Below are positions 1-8,128 of a stretch of DNA of 64,000 nucleotides, piece by piece. Within the stretch, counting starts at the first letter, position 1, and each line of letters begins with the position of its first letter. The notes under the pieces are model-generated. The model saw only the letters and a list, made by a program, of their open reading frames with translations. It had not been told where the DNA came from and made no database searches. Made by a program: the position numbers and the translations under genes. The stretch comes from an uncultured archaeon (lineage in GTDB: Archaea; Thermoproteota; Bathyarchaeia; Bathyarchaeales; Bathycorpusculaceae): contig CAWALK010000020.1 in NCBI GenBank assembly GCA_963782915.1, positions 256,001-320,000 of the forward strand, read 5' to 3'.

Positions 1-321
1 CCGCTCATTATTCAAGGAGTGTTAATGCATGCAATTTAGGCCCTATCAATAAAAGTCGTGAACAATAAATTTGAGTTATAATAGGAAAAAGGAGGGAGAG
101 GACAAGAGTCGTCGTCTTTTTTCTCCCTACTTCTCTTTTTGAATAGCTTTGGTTTATCCATTGCTACGCGGTAAATTGGATCAGTGCCGCTTGGCTTGTG
201 GTTGCATTCGATCTGCATCCTGCGTTAGCCTGCGAGCTTCTTTTCTTTTTGGCTCTTATCCTCACTTAAACTACTGGTGGGTTTAGTGTTATATAATTTG
301 CGGAAATCCCTCTGGATAGGT

Positions 322-400
322 TTAGTCAAGGAATGTAGACTAACCCTTAGTCAAGAAACATGAACTAAAAACTGCTGATTAGTCAAGGAACCTGCACAAG
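322..400. promoter_or_regulatory. Three tandem 22-bp dyad sites, TTAGTC-N10-GACTAA (putative transcription-factor operators)
   Basis: 322-343 TTAGTCaaggaatgtaGACTAA (perfect dyad); 347-368 TTAGTCaagaaacatgAACTAA; 379-400 TTAGTCaaggaacctgCACAAG. All three begin TTAGTCAAG(G/A)AA. Confidence 0.55.
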
Positions 401-559
401 AACCCTTTAATTTCTATCCGATCCAAGGCTTTATTTGTGGAGAAACATGCCAAAAAACAGTTCATCCGTCTATAAAATCTTCTTTGAATCCACTAATTTT
501 TCACCTCAACTGCAGTACCCTTGGACAGAAGAGTTGCAATCTGAACAGGGGGAGGCTTC

Positions 560-1666
560 CTGAACCAACTAAGAGGCCGCCTAGTAAACGTTGACCTGAT
601 TCGAACCATCGCCATGATCGGTGTAATCCTCCTACATGCATCAGGCCGCTTCATAATAACCCCCGAAGAAATCAACCAGCTTAGCCCATTGGAGTTTACC
701 CGCTGGAGCATCGTGGACGTCTATCAAAGCATCGCGGTTCCCTTGGGCGTTCCATTATTCCTAATGCTATCCGGCGCTCTTTTGTTGCAACCCCAAAAGA
801 AAGATACCTTGCCGGTTTTTTTCAAGAAAAGATGGGCCAGAATCGGTTTACCCTCCCTGTTTTGGGGCACCGCATATTTCGCATGGGATTTTCTGGTCCA
901 AAATATTCCCTTCTCCGCGGGAGTAATAGTTCAAGGCATACTCAATGGTCCCTATACGCAACTCTGGTACCTCTATGTGCTCGTCGGTCTCTACTTTTTG
1001 ACTCCGATACTGCGCATATTCATGGCTCATGCAGATTCGACGATGATAAAATACTTCATAATCTTGTGGACCGTTGGCGTAGCCATCATACCCTTCTTGA
1101 GCTTATTCAGCATTTACAAACTAAACGATAACGTCTTCGCACTCACTGGGTACGTTGGCTTCTTTGTGTTAGGATCTTACCTATCAACCGTGCACATACG
1201 CCGCAGAACTCTTGGAGCTCTCTTTATTTCCGGCGTCGCCTTAACCGCACTTGGCACATATGCCTTAGCCGCAACAAAGGGCGGGACAGAAATGTACTTT
1301 CTACAACAATACTTTAGCCCAACAATCATCTTAGCCTCAGTCTCCGCGTTTCTGCTGCTAATGACAATTAAGCCCCCCACCATTCAGAAAGACAGCAGCC
1401 CCTCTAAAGTCAACAAGCTAATCAAATTGATCAGCGTAAACACTTTAGGCATATTCTTCATCCACGTAATGATAATTGAATCCATACAATTGGGCTACTT
1501 TGGTTTCACAATGAACCGCACCACACTTAACCCCGTCATCGAGGTTCCATTGTTAACGGCAATCGTGCTGTTTGCTTCTCTTGGGATAATTCTTTTACTC
1601 AAAAAGATACCATATCTAAAACGGTTGATTGATGGGACATCTGAACATTTGGGGGGCGAGGAATGA
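560..1666 (+). CDS. Acyltransferase-3 (OafA/YiaH-like) multi-pass membrane O-acyltransferase
   Basis: Motifs VDLIRTIAMIGVILLH, VPLFLMLSGALLL, KKRWARIGLP, QLWYLY, TLGIFFIH; about 10 TM segments. The frame stays open upstream of the ATG at 614 to a CTG at 560 that follows GGAGG (551-555); in-frame stop at 542. Confidence 0.85.
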   Translation: MNQLRGRLVNVDLIRTIAMIGVILLHASGRFIITPEEINQLSPLEFTRWSIVDVYQSIAVPLGVPLFLMLSGALLLQPQKKDTLPVFFKKRWARIGLPSLFWGTAYFAWDFLVQNIPFSAGVIVQGILNGPYTQLWYLYVLVGLYFLTPILRIFMAHADSTMIKYFIILWTVGVAIIPFLSLFSIYKLNDNVFALTGYVGFFVLGSYLSTVHIRRRTLGALFISGVALTALGTYALAATKGGTEMYFLQQYFSPTIILASVSAFLLLMTIKPPTIQKDSSPSKVNKLIKLISVNTLGIFFIHVMIIESIQLGYFGFTMNRTTLNPVIEVPLLTAIVLFASLGIILLLKKIPYLKRLIDGTSEHLGGEE

Positions 1667-2322
1667 ATAGAAAAAAGTTGATGATGCTAGCGGCTGGATT
1701 AGTTGTCCTGCTCATTTCGTCAGGGTTGGTAGCATACTACCTATTCGCTGACAAAGCTTCAGAGTCAATCCGCGTTGCCTGCGTCGGAGACAGTCTCACC
1801 CAATCAACCGAATACCCCTATGACCTGTGGAATCTGCTGGGCAACCAAAGCTATAGCCTCCGCAATTTTGGTGCAGGCTCAACCACAGTTACGCTGCAAT
1901 CAGAAACACCCTACATGAACACAACCGTATTCCAAGACGCCCTAAACTTCCAGCCAAACATCGTAATCATCATGCTTGGAACCAACGACGCCCAACCCAG
2001 CTTGCACCAATTCAACGCAAGCTTTGTCGGTGACTATGTGAAGTTGGTGACGGCATTTCAGGGGCTTTCAAGTAAACCTGAAGTGTGGGTTGTTTTACCC
2101 CCGCCGATTATCAGCAACCAATCGGGCAAAATGGATAGTGCCTATTTCGAGGACACTATAATTCCAGGTATCATGCAAGCGGCAAACGAGACGGATGTGC
2201 CGGTAATTGATGTTTATTCGGCGTTTGCCGAGCGCCCCGATTATTATCTGGATGGGGTCCACGTGAATAGTGAGGGTGCAAAATTAATCGCTGACACGGT
2301 ATATTCGGCTGTTTTTTCCTGA
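1663..2322 (+). CDS. Membrane-anchored SGNH/GDSL esterase
   Basis: N-terminal hydrophobic anchor; block I GDSLT, block III GTND, block V DGVH; ATGA overlap with the upstream acyltransferase. Confidence 0.9.
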   Translation: MNRKKLMMLAAGLVVLLISSGLVAYYLFADKASESIRVACVGDSLTQSTEYPYDLWNLLGNQSYSLRNFGAGSTTVTLQSETPYMNTTVFQDALNFQPNIVIIMLGTNDAQPSLHQFNASFVGDYVKLVTAFQGLSSKPEVWVVLPPPIISNQSGKMDSAYFEDTIIPGIMQAANETDVPVIDVYSAFAERPDYYLDGVHVNSEGAKLIADTVYSAVFS

Positions 2323-2337
2323 TGGTGAGTAGCCGAC

Positions 2338-2691
2338 CTATTTTTCTTGTTTTGCAGTTGTTTTTGGGGTTGCGAGTTGTTTTCTGATTATGAGAAACAG
2401 CGCCACAAACAGTGCTGCCGCAACTACAGCTGAGGTTGCACCCATTATGAGCCATGCTTGCCATGCTGGCATGAAGGTTTCCAAATAACGCAGGGACCCG
2501 ATGAGGAAAAACAGTGCAGCTGACCCCGCCATAGAGATACCTGAGCACATAAGTACAGCGCCCGTGATAGAGATTATTAAGAGTTTTTTCAGGCGTGCTT
2601 TAAGGGCTGCTTCTTGTTTATTGGCATATTCTTTTAGGGCTGCTTTTAGTTGGTCGAAGAATTGAGTGATTAATTCTTTAAGCTCCGTTAT
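2338..2691 (-). CDS. Two-TM membrane protein, YqjE/phage-holin-family-like
   Basis: The 70-aa ORF extends in frame upstream (TELKELITQFFDQLKAALKEYANKQEAALKARLKKLL...) to an ATA at 2691 after an AGGTGG RBS-like site. Amphipathic helix, two TMs and a PAWQAWLIMG turn. Confidence 0.5.
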   Translation of the reverse strand: MTELKELITQFFDQLKAALKEYANKQEAALKARLKKLLIISITGAVLMCSGISMAGSAALFFLIGSLRYLETFMPAWQAWLIMGATSAVVAAALFVALFLIIRKQLATPKTTAKQEK

Positions 2692-2869
2692 TGTTTTTAC
2701 CCACCTAAAAACTGACTTTGCCCTGACGGTTTTTGTTGGCAGTTGGTTTAGGGCTGAACAATTTTTAAGGCTGTGTGGTTGCCAGCTAACAGCAACAGTT
2801 GTTTAATGGTGTACTTTCAGGGAAAGGGTAACTCTTACCTATTTGCAATAGACCAAAAACCGTCCTGTT

Positions 2870-2897
2870 CTGCTTGCGGTTTGCTCTACAACCAGCC
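2870..2897 (+). repeat. 28-bp dispersed repeat, copy 1
   Basis: CTGCTTGCGGTTTGCTCTACAACCAGCC, 26/28 identical to 42929-42956. Confidence 0.75.
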
Positions 2898-3239
2898 AGC
2901 AACCCAAACAATAACCCAACACCAAAACAAGCACTAATCACCTAAAACCCTCCATTTCCTTTCGGGTATTTAGTGAAGTTAAATCTGGTTTTTTCCACAC
3001 AAGGGCTTATCCGACCTCAATTATGAAAGGCAGCCTTCAGTACTCCAAAGGCAGAATCGAAACTATTGTTTATGCATCCGTTTGCATTTTCCACAGCCAC
3101 TCAAAGCAACAACAGACCTGAAACGTCGGTCAATCCATGGGGAAAACAGCAAGCATGCAGCCCACAGGAGAGGTCAAACTTACCGCTTTTCCCAGAGATG
3201 CCTACACAAAATAGCCCTATCACTAAACAGCCCTTATAA

Positions 3240-3306
3240 GAATTAACATATAGCTAACGCTGAGTCTAAAGACTGGTAATCAGGTTGGAGCTGTGGGAAA
3301 AGGTCA
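3240..3306. repeat. ~67-bp direct repeat B, copy 1 (3' flank of a secreted-protein gene)
   Basis: GAATTAACATATAGCTAACGCTGAGTCTAAAGACTGGTAATCAGGTTGGAGCTGTGGGAAAAGGTC aligns without gaps to 4240-4306. Confidence 0.9.
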
Positions 3307-4047
3307 TTGCTTCAAGTTTGCGGTTTTTCGATGGCTAATTACCACAGCAACAGCAAATACCAACAGAAGCAAAGGCACAATGGCCAACCAAGATAACTCT
3401 GGAACTGTTGGAGAGAGTGTAGGTGTTGGATTGTTGCTTTCTAATATGGTTACTGTTTGGGTCGGGCTCCAGTCACTTGATACGCCTGTAAACTTGTAAT
3501 AACTGCCCAAGCTTACTGTACCGCCGCCAACATCAGCAATATGCCCTATCTGTGCTTGCACTTCAAAATCTTCTTGTCCCTCATGAACACCAAAAATAAA
3601 TGTCGTGTTAGCCGCTTCTGATTGGGTGAAATAAGGAAAAACCCCTCTGCTGATAATCATACCATTCCAAGGAGTGGCAGTTACTCCATCAGGATTAAAA
3701 GGGAAATAAGTCCATTGGGTTCCGTAATGTCCTTTGTATCTAAAATTATAGTATAAGCCGATGTAGTTGCCGTTGGAGTCATTGTATGGCGTGAAAGGTT
3801 GGTTCTTAACCGTGACTTCAATAGACCTATTATCTACGTGATAACCTGCTTGGATTGTTATGTTCTGCCCTGTGTATTGGTCTATTCCATATTTAGGTGG
3901 AACATCATAAGAATAGTCAACATATCTAAGGGTAAATTCTGGTACAGATGGCTTAGGTATAGACTGAGCAGAAGTAAGACTAACTAGCGATAAACTTGAA
4001 ACCATCAGAAAGATGGCAACTAACAGGAACGCTTTCTTTCTTCCCAT
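3304..4047 (-). CDS. Secreted/cell-surface protein (KPSVPEFT family) with PEF-CTERM-like sorting tail
   Basis: Signal peptide, KPSVPEFT motif, Tyr/Gly-rich beta domain, PTPTLSPT linker, VPELSWL + TM + basic tail; paralog of 4305-5114. Confidence 0.8.
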   Translation of the reverse strand: MGRKKAFLLVAIFLMVSSLSLVSLTSAQSIPKPSVPEFTLRYVDYSYDVPPKYGIDQYTGQNITIQAGYHVDNRSIEVTVKNQPFTPYNDSNGNYIGLYYNFRYKGHYGTQWTYFPFNPDGVTATPWNGMIISRGVFPYFTQSEAANTTFIFGVHEGQEDFEVQAQIGHIADVGGGTVSLGSYYKFTGVSSDWSPTQTVTILESNNPTPTLSPTVPELSWLAIVPLLLLVFAVAVVISHRKTANLKQ

Positions 4048-4169
4048 ATGATGTAACCAGCAAGAAATGATAAAAATATTCTTTCAAGTTAGCGGTAGAA
4101 CCAAAACGGAGGGTGGGTACACTGCATCGCTGGAAAAGGTAGTTAAGTGCCCTTCAAAGGGTATATCAC

Positions 4170-4231
4170 CTTTAAACTTAGGCGTCAGCGCCTAGTCACA
4201 TGCAGAAACGGCTTCTCTTCAGCTGCAAGCG
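4170..4231 (-). pseudogene. Terminase large-subunit 3' remnant, shortest copy (about 15 codons plus downstream flank)
   Basis: Minus strand reads LAAEEKPFLHVTRR*, homologous to PLATGEKPFLYVVRR* (5303-5350) and PLAQEEKP (6350s). Confidence 0.65.
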
Positions 4232-4239
4232 CGAGCTGA

Positions 4240-4306
4240 GAATTAACATATAGTCAACGCTGAAACTGAAGACTGGAGATCAGGCTGGAACTGTGGGAAA
4301 AGGTCT
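4240..4306. repeat. ~67-bp direct repeat B, copy 2
   Basis: GAATTAACATATAGTCAACGCTGAAACTGAAGACTGGAGATCAGGCTGGAACTGTGGGAAAAGGTC; lies directly after the stop of 4305-5114. Confidence 0.9.
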
Positions 4307-5114
4307 ATTTGCTCAAGTGAGCGGTTTTTAGATGCCTTCTAAAAAGCAATACCGATAGAGCCACCGCAATTAGCGCAACCACTGCAATGATAATTAAGAC
4401 ATCCAAGGGCAAGGTGACTGAATTGGTAGAGTTACCATTTGTGTCTGGTGCAGTCGGTGTTACAGTAGGCGTTGAAGTGGTAGTTGAAGTTTGACCTATT
4501 ATTAATGTTTGGGTGTTGCTCCAATCGCTATATTGGCCTACAAAATGGTATTGTTTATCCCGATAATACATGTAGCCTGCTATTGCCTGTACTTGGGTAT
4601 CAAGAGAGACACCCTGAGGAACTCTCCAAACGCCCGGGATCTTGATGGTTACGGTAGTATATTCGGCGCTGGATTGTGAAAAAGCGGGGGCAGAAGGTCT
4701 CTCCTCAAGGGGAATGAATGACCCGCCATAAGTGTTTGAAGACTGACCGTCTGGCATAAATGGATAATAGTCCCACTCTGCTCCATAAGCGCCTTTTACC
4801 CTGAAGTTATAGTACAGACCAATATGGGTCCCGTTTGCATCCGTATAGGGAGTAAATAGTTGATTTTTTATGGTGAACTGTATCGACCTGTTATCGACAT
4901 GGTAGCCATTTTGTGTGATGATGGTTTTTCCTGTGTATTGGTCGATTCCATAGGTTGGTGGTACATCATAGGATAGGTCTATGTATTTTGGAGTGAATTC
5001 TGGAACAGACGGCTTGGGTGTTGATTGAGCAAAAGTTGGCTTAACCACACTCAGGCTTGGGATAGCTAATAGAACTAAAAGCAATAGAATCAAACTTTTG
5101 CTCAGTAATCGCAT
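4305..5114 (-). CDS. Secreted/cell-surface protein (KPSVPEFT family) with C-terminal TM anchor
   Basis: Signal peptide; KPSVPEFT..YIDLSYDVPPTYGIDQYTG is near-identical to the paralog; Thr-rich linker, TM and basic tail. Confidence 0.8.
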   Translation of the reverse strand: MRLLSKSLILLLLVLLAIPSLSVVKPTFAQSTPKPSVPEFTPKYIDLSYDVPPTYGIDQYTGKTIITQNGYHVDNRSIQFTIKNQLFTPYTDANGTHIGLYYNFRVKGAYGAEWDYYPFMPDGQSSNTYGGSFIPLEERPSAPAFSQSSAEYTTVTIKIPGVWRVPQGVSLDTQVQAIAGYMYYRDKQYHFVGQYSDWSNTQTLIIGQTSTTTSTPTVTPTAPDTNGNSTNSVTLPLDVLIIIAVVALIAVALSVLLFRRHLKTAHLSK

Positions 5115-5302
5115 AAGTACCCTGTGAAGTCGCTTTCAATAAAAGTTTACTGAAATCTTGTTTATGAGTAGTAACATCTTAACTGTGCAGATACATAGAC
5201 GGAAAAAGGCTCAACCACCTTTTCAAAAACTTAGGCGAGGGTTTTTCAATCCAAATGCTAGAATTCTGGTTATGTTGCTTATACCCTCACTATCTAAAGG
5301 CG

Positions 5303-5443
5303 TCAACGCCTAACCACATAAAGAAACGGCTTTTCTCCGGTTGCAAGCGGTTAACTATACCGCAGAGCATCGGTCGCATGGTCGTTTTCTTTGATGTCTT
5401 CCTGATACTCCAACAATTCGCTAATCAAGTTAACATAGCGCTT
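5303..5443 (-). pseudogene. Terminase large-subunit C-terminal remnant, middle copy
   Basis: Minus strand reads KRYVNLISELLEYQEDIKENDHATDALRYS*PLATGEKPFLYVVRR*; NDHAxDALRY motif with an internal TAA. Confidence 0.75.
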
Positions 5444-5531
5444 CATAGCACTCACACCGAACTAACAACGGGCCAAGGATGCCTCCGAAATGTTCATTTT
5501 GTTGGCAAAGGTAAAACTTGTAGGTCTCTTT

Positions 5532-6242
5532 ATGAGCGAAGTTTTAAAAGTTATCAGGGATCGTCAATCCTCCAGGGTACAATTTGACCCCAATAGACCA
5601 ATCTCCAAAGATAATATCAATCAGATACTGGAGTCTGCACGATGGTCACCTACAGGACATAACATGCAGAACTACGAAATCATGGTTATTGACGACAAGG
5701 CGCTGCTTGAAAAAATTGGCAGCGTAAAATCATGCGTCTTAGAGGAATTCTTACGCGACAACTATGAGCACCTGTCTTTCTCCGAGGAAGAACTCAAGCG
5801 GAAGAAGACTGGCATTTTATCAACTGGTTTTCCACTTGACTGGATTGACCCAGCCAAATTCCCCCAAATTGCACGTTCTCCCCCGATACCGATTAGCAAT
5901 TCCATACGAGGCAGCCCAACCCTTCTAATGGTTTTGTATGATTCAATAAAGAAAGCACCTGCCCTTGCCGTAGATGTTTATGGTTTCATTAGTTTAGGCT
6001 GCCTCATGGAGAACATCTGGCTGACTGCACAGGCTCTGGGAATTAGCATGCAAATTCTAAGTTTATCTGCCACAGTATCTGTTGAGAAGGAACTAAAACA
6101 GATCCTTGGAGTTCCCGACCCGCTAAAAATTGCTTACACAATCCGTCTGGGATATCCACTAATGCCCACAGAAAGCTTGCGCGTCAGAAGAGACATCGAG
6201 GACTTCACCCATCATAATCGGTATGGTCAAAAAGGAATTTAA
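5532..6242 (+). CDS. Nitroreductase family protein
   Basis: IRDRQSSR, ARWSPTGHNMQ, ENIWLTAQALGI and IRLGYP motifs; likely start is the ATG at 5532. Confidence 0.9.
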   Translation: MSEVLKVIRDRQSSRVQFDPNRPISKDNINQILESARWSPTGHNMQNYEIMVIDDKALLEKIGSVKSCVLEEFLRDNYEHLSFSEEELKRKKTGILSTGFPLDWIDPAKFPQIARSPPIPISNSIRGSPTLLMVLYDSIKKAPALAVDVYGFISLGCLMENIWLTAQALGISMQILSLSATVSVEKELKQILGVPDPLKIAYTIRLGYPLMPTESLRVRRDIEDFTHHNRYGQKGI

Positions 6243-6313
6243 CAAGCTTCAATACGCACCCATCTAAAAACCGCTCTTTTTTAGCGGGCGTTATTGCTTC
6301 TTTCATAGCAATC

Positions 6314-6650
6314 TCAAGTAAGGTACACCCTCAACATCGAACCACATACAGACGGCTTTTCTTCTTGAGCGAGCGGCAAACTATACCGTAGAGTATCAGT
6401 CGCATGGTCGTTTTCTTTGACGTCTTCCCGATACTCCAACAATTCGTTGATAAGGTTGACGCAGCGTTTGCTTACAAACTGGCGGGGCTTCCCATCAATA
6501 GCAGGAGTTAGGCGGCTTACAAGTTCCCCGCAACCCATCTTTACGTTTGAAAGTATAGGGCTTAGCGTTTAACCCTGCGCGGCAAAGCTTCAGAATCGAC
6601 TGGGGAAAAGGGGCATCGCACCAAAACGTTCCCTCACCCCATTCCTCTCT
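6314..6650 (-). pseudogene. Terminase large-subunit nuclease-domain remnant, longest copy (~110 aa)
   Basis: With one frameshift near 6525 it reads REEWGEGTFWCDAPFPQSILKLCRAGLNAKPYTFKRKDGLRELVSRLTPAIDGKPRQFVSKRCVNLINELLEYREDVKENDHATDTLRYSLPLAQEEKP, matching the PBSX-type TerL C-terminal pattern (CD..P..I..L...G..A; C.NLI.EL..Y; NDHA.D.LRY). Confidence 0.8.
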
Positions 6651-6917
6651 CTATCTTTGTTTGTGAAGTTTGCTTATTTGTGCAGGTTGGCGTGTGGGTG
6701 GTTTAGTTTTTGTATTGGGTTGGGTGTTGTGTGTTTGTTGGTTGTTCTGAATTTTGTGGCCCTTTGTGTTGTGCCACGGGTGGTACAAGACGGCTTATCT
6801 GTAATCAGCGGCTCTTCGGGGGTACGGGCGAACCGAATTGAATGGGCCATGCTAGTGCCCGAACTCATTGCGCTGTTCATTGCTATCATTGATTGCAAAG
6901 TAATTCAGGAATTCAGT

Positions 6918-7004
6918 CTATATATAAGGGAGGGGGTAGGTCGGCAAAGCAGCAAAGCTGCGTTTTATAGGAGATAGGGGGTCTATGCAGAGCAGCAGCA
7001 GCCT
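6918..7004 (+). repeat. Dispersed G-rich repeat pair, locus A
   Basis: CTATATATAAGGGAGGGGGTAGGTCGGCAAAGCAGCAAA (6918-6956) followed by TTATAGGAGATAGGGGGTCTATGCAGAGCAGCAGCAGCCT (6965-7004). Confidence 0.85.
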
Positions 7005-7024
7005 AGTCTATTTATTCTTTATAA

Positions 7025-8128
7025 CAGAACAAAGTTTATGAATAGCGCTGTAACCAGCTTTTGGGTATCAAGCATGACTAGCTACAGCGCCATCCCTAGA
7101 CGAAGGGATAAGCTAAAGGCTTACTTATATTTACAGAACAATCGGCAGCTTCCTTAATCTCAAACACGCCCGAAATAGCCAAGAAACCACCAAAACGCTC
7201 ATCCTAGGAGCAGGGACAACAGCTACATAGAAGGGTGCGCACAAAACCTCCAACTTGCGCAAACAGTCAGAAACCACGAAAACAACAAAACCCTCAACAA
7301 AGACCCAAATCAACCGGCAAACAATCTAGCAAATGAAACAAAAAGGCGCCCTAAACAAGCCACTGGTTGTAGCCATAGACTGGCATGATGAAATGTACGA
7401 CGGTGACCCTAAAGCAAAAGGCGTAGTGGGAACCCACACAAGAACGGCTAAACCATGCCTACAGATATGAACGATAAGTGTTGCTACCGGTCAGAGATTA
7501 ACCTTAGCAGCAGCAACAATGATTCATAGAAGCAAGCTGTGGCATGTCAAGTATCTCCTAGACGTGTCTCTGAGTTGGGCTTAACAGTTAAGCTGGTGCT
7601 GTTGGATCGAGGCTACTTCTCCACTCAAGTGATAAACTATCTAGATGACGCCAAAATAAAGTACATAATGCATATTCCTTGGCATAAGGAGCCCTTAAGA
7701 GCCGGATTGGATGTATTTTATACAACGACTACGCATAAGAAGTCGGTTTTGGATCAGGCGACTTTTAGGCTTGTAACTGTGCGTCAAAACAAGAAGCTGC
7801 TTATTTTTGCTACCAACACCATGTTTAAGCCCAAGGTGCTTAAGAAGACGTTTAGGCGGCGTTGGGGGATTGAGACTTCTTATCGTATGATTGGGTTGTT
7901 TTTGGCTAAGACTACCTCTAAGCTCTATAGGTTGAGGCAGCTGTATTTCTTTTTGGCGGTTGTACTCTATAATTTGTGGGTTTTGTGGAATTTCAGGCGT
8001 AGAAGGCGTGTTAGGACGTATGCTCTTAAGAATGCTGTTAGGTTGTGTTTAGTCTTGTCTTGGCTGCCTGATTTGGAGGCTTACGGTTGATTTTTAGAGG
8101 AGGTGAAACACGATTTTTTGATCTACTG
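7025..8128 (+). mobile_element. IS4-superfamily (ISH3-like) insertion sequence with a disrupted transposase
   Basis: DDE transposase fragments VVAIDWHDEMY.GD, LVLLDRGYFS and RRWGIETSYR. The right end ...GATCTACTG fits a CAGTAG-type end. The putative left end CAGAAC at 7025 and the ATAA flanks (7021-7024, 8129-8132) are less certain. Confidence 0.7.
7074..8090 (+). pseudogene. DDE transposase (IS4/ISH3 family), multiple frameshifts and stops in the 5' half
   Basis: The intact 3' ORF 7539-8090 carries DRGY and RWGIETSYR; upstream pieces lie in different frames. Confidence 0.8.

Noticed and set aside
36-218. 60-aa minus-strand ORF at the window start
   Set aside because: No recognisable motif, no clear RBS and no context to support it.
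2800-3020. Possible RNase P RNA (AAGGGCTTAT resembles its 3' end)
   Set aside because: The conserved 5' GAGGAAAGUCC element is missing and the GC content is too low.
5255-5587. 110-aa plus-strand ORF
   Set aside because: Antisense shadow of the TerL remnant, overlapping the nitroreductase start; no recognisable protein features.
6657-6977. Overlapping ORFs 6657-6977 (+) and 6674-6898 (-)
   Set aside because: They arise from low-complexity GT/CA-skewed DNA and run into the G-rich repeat; composition is not protein-like.
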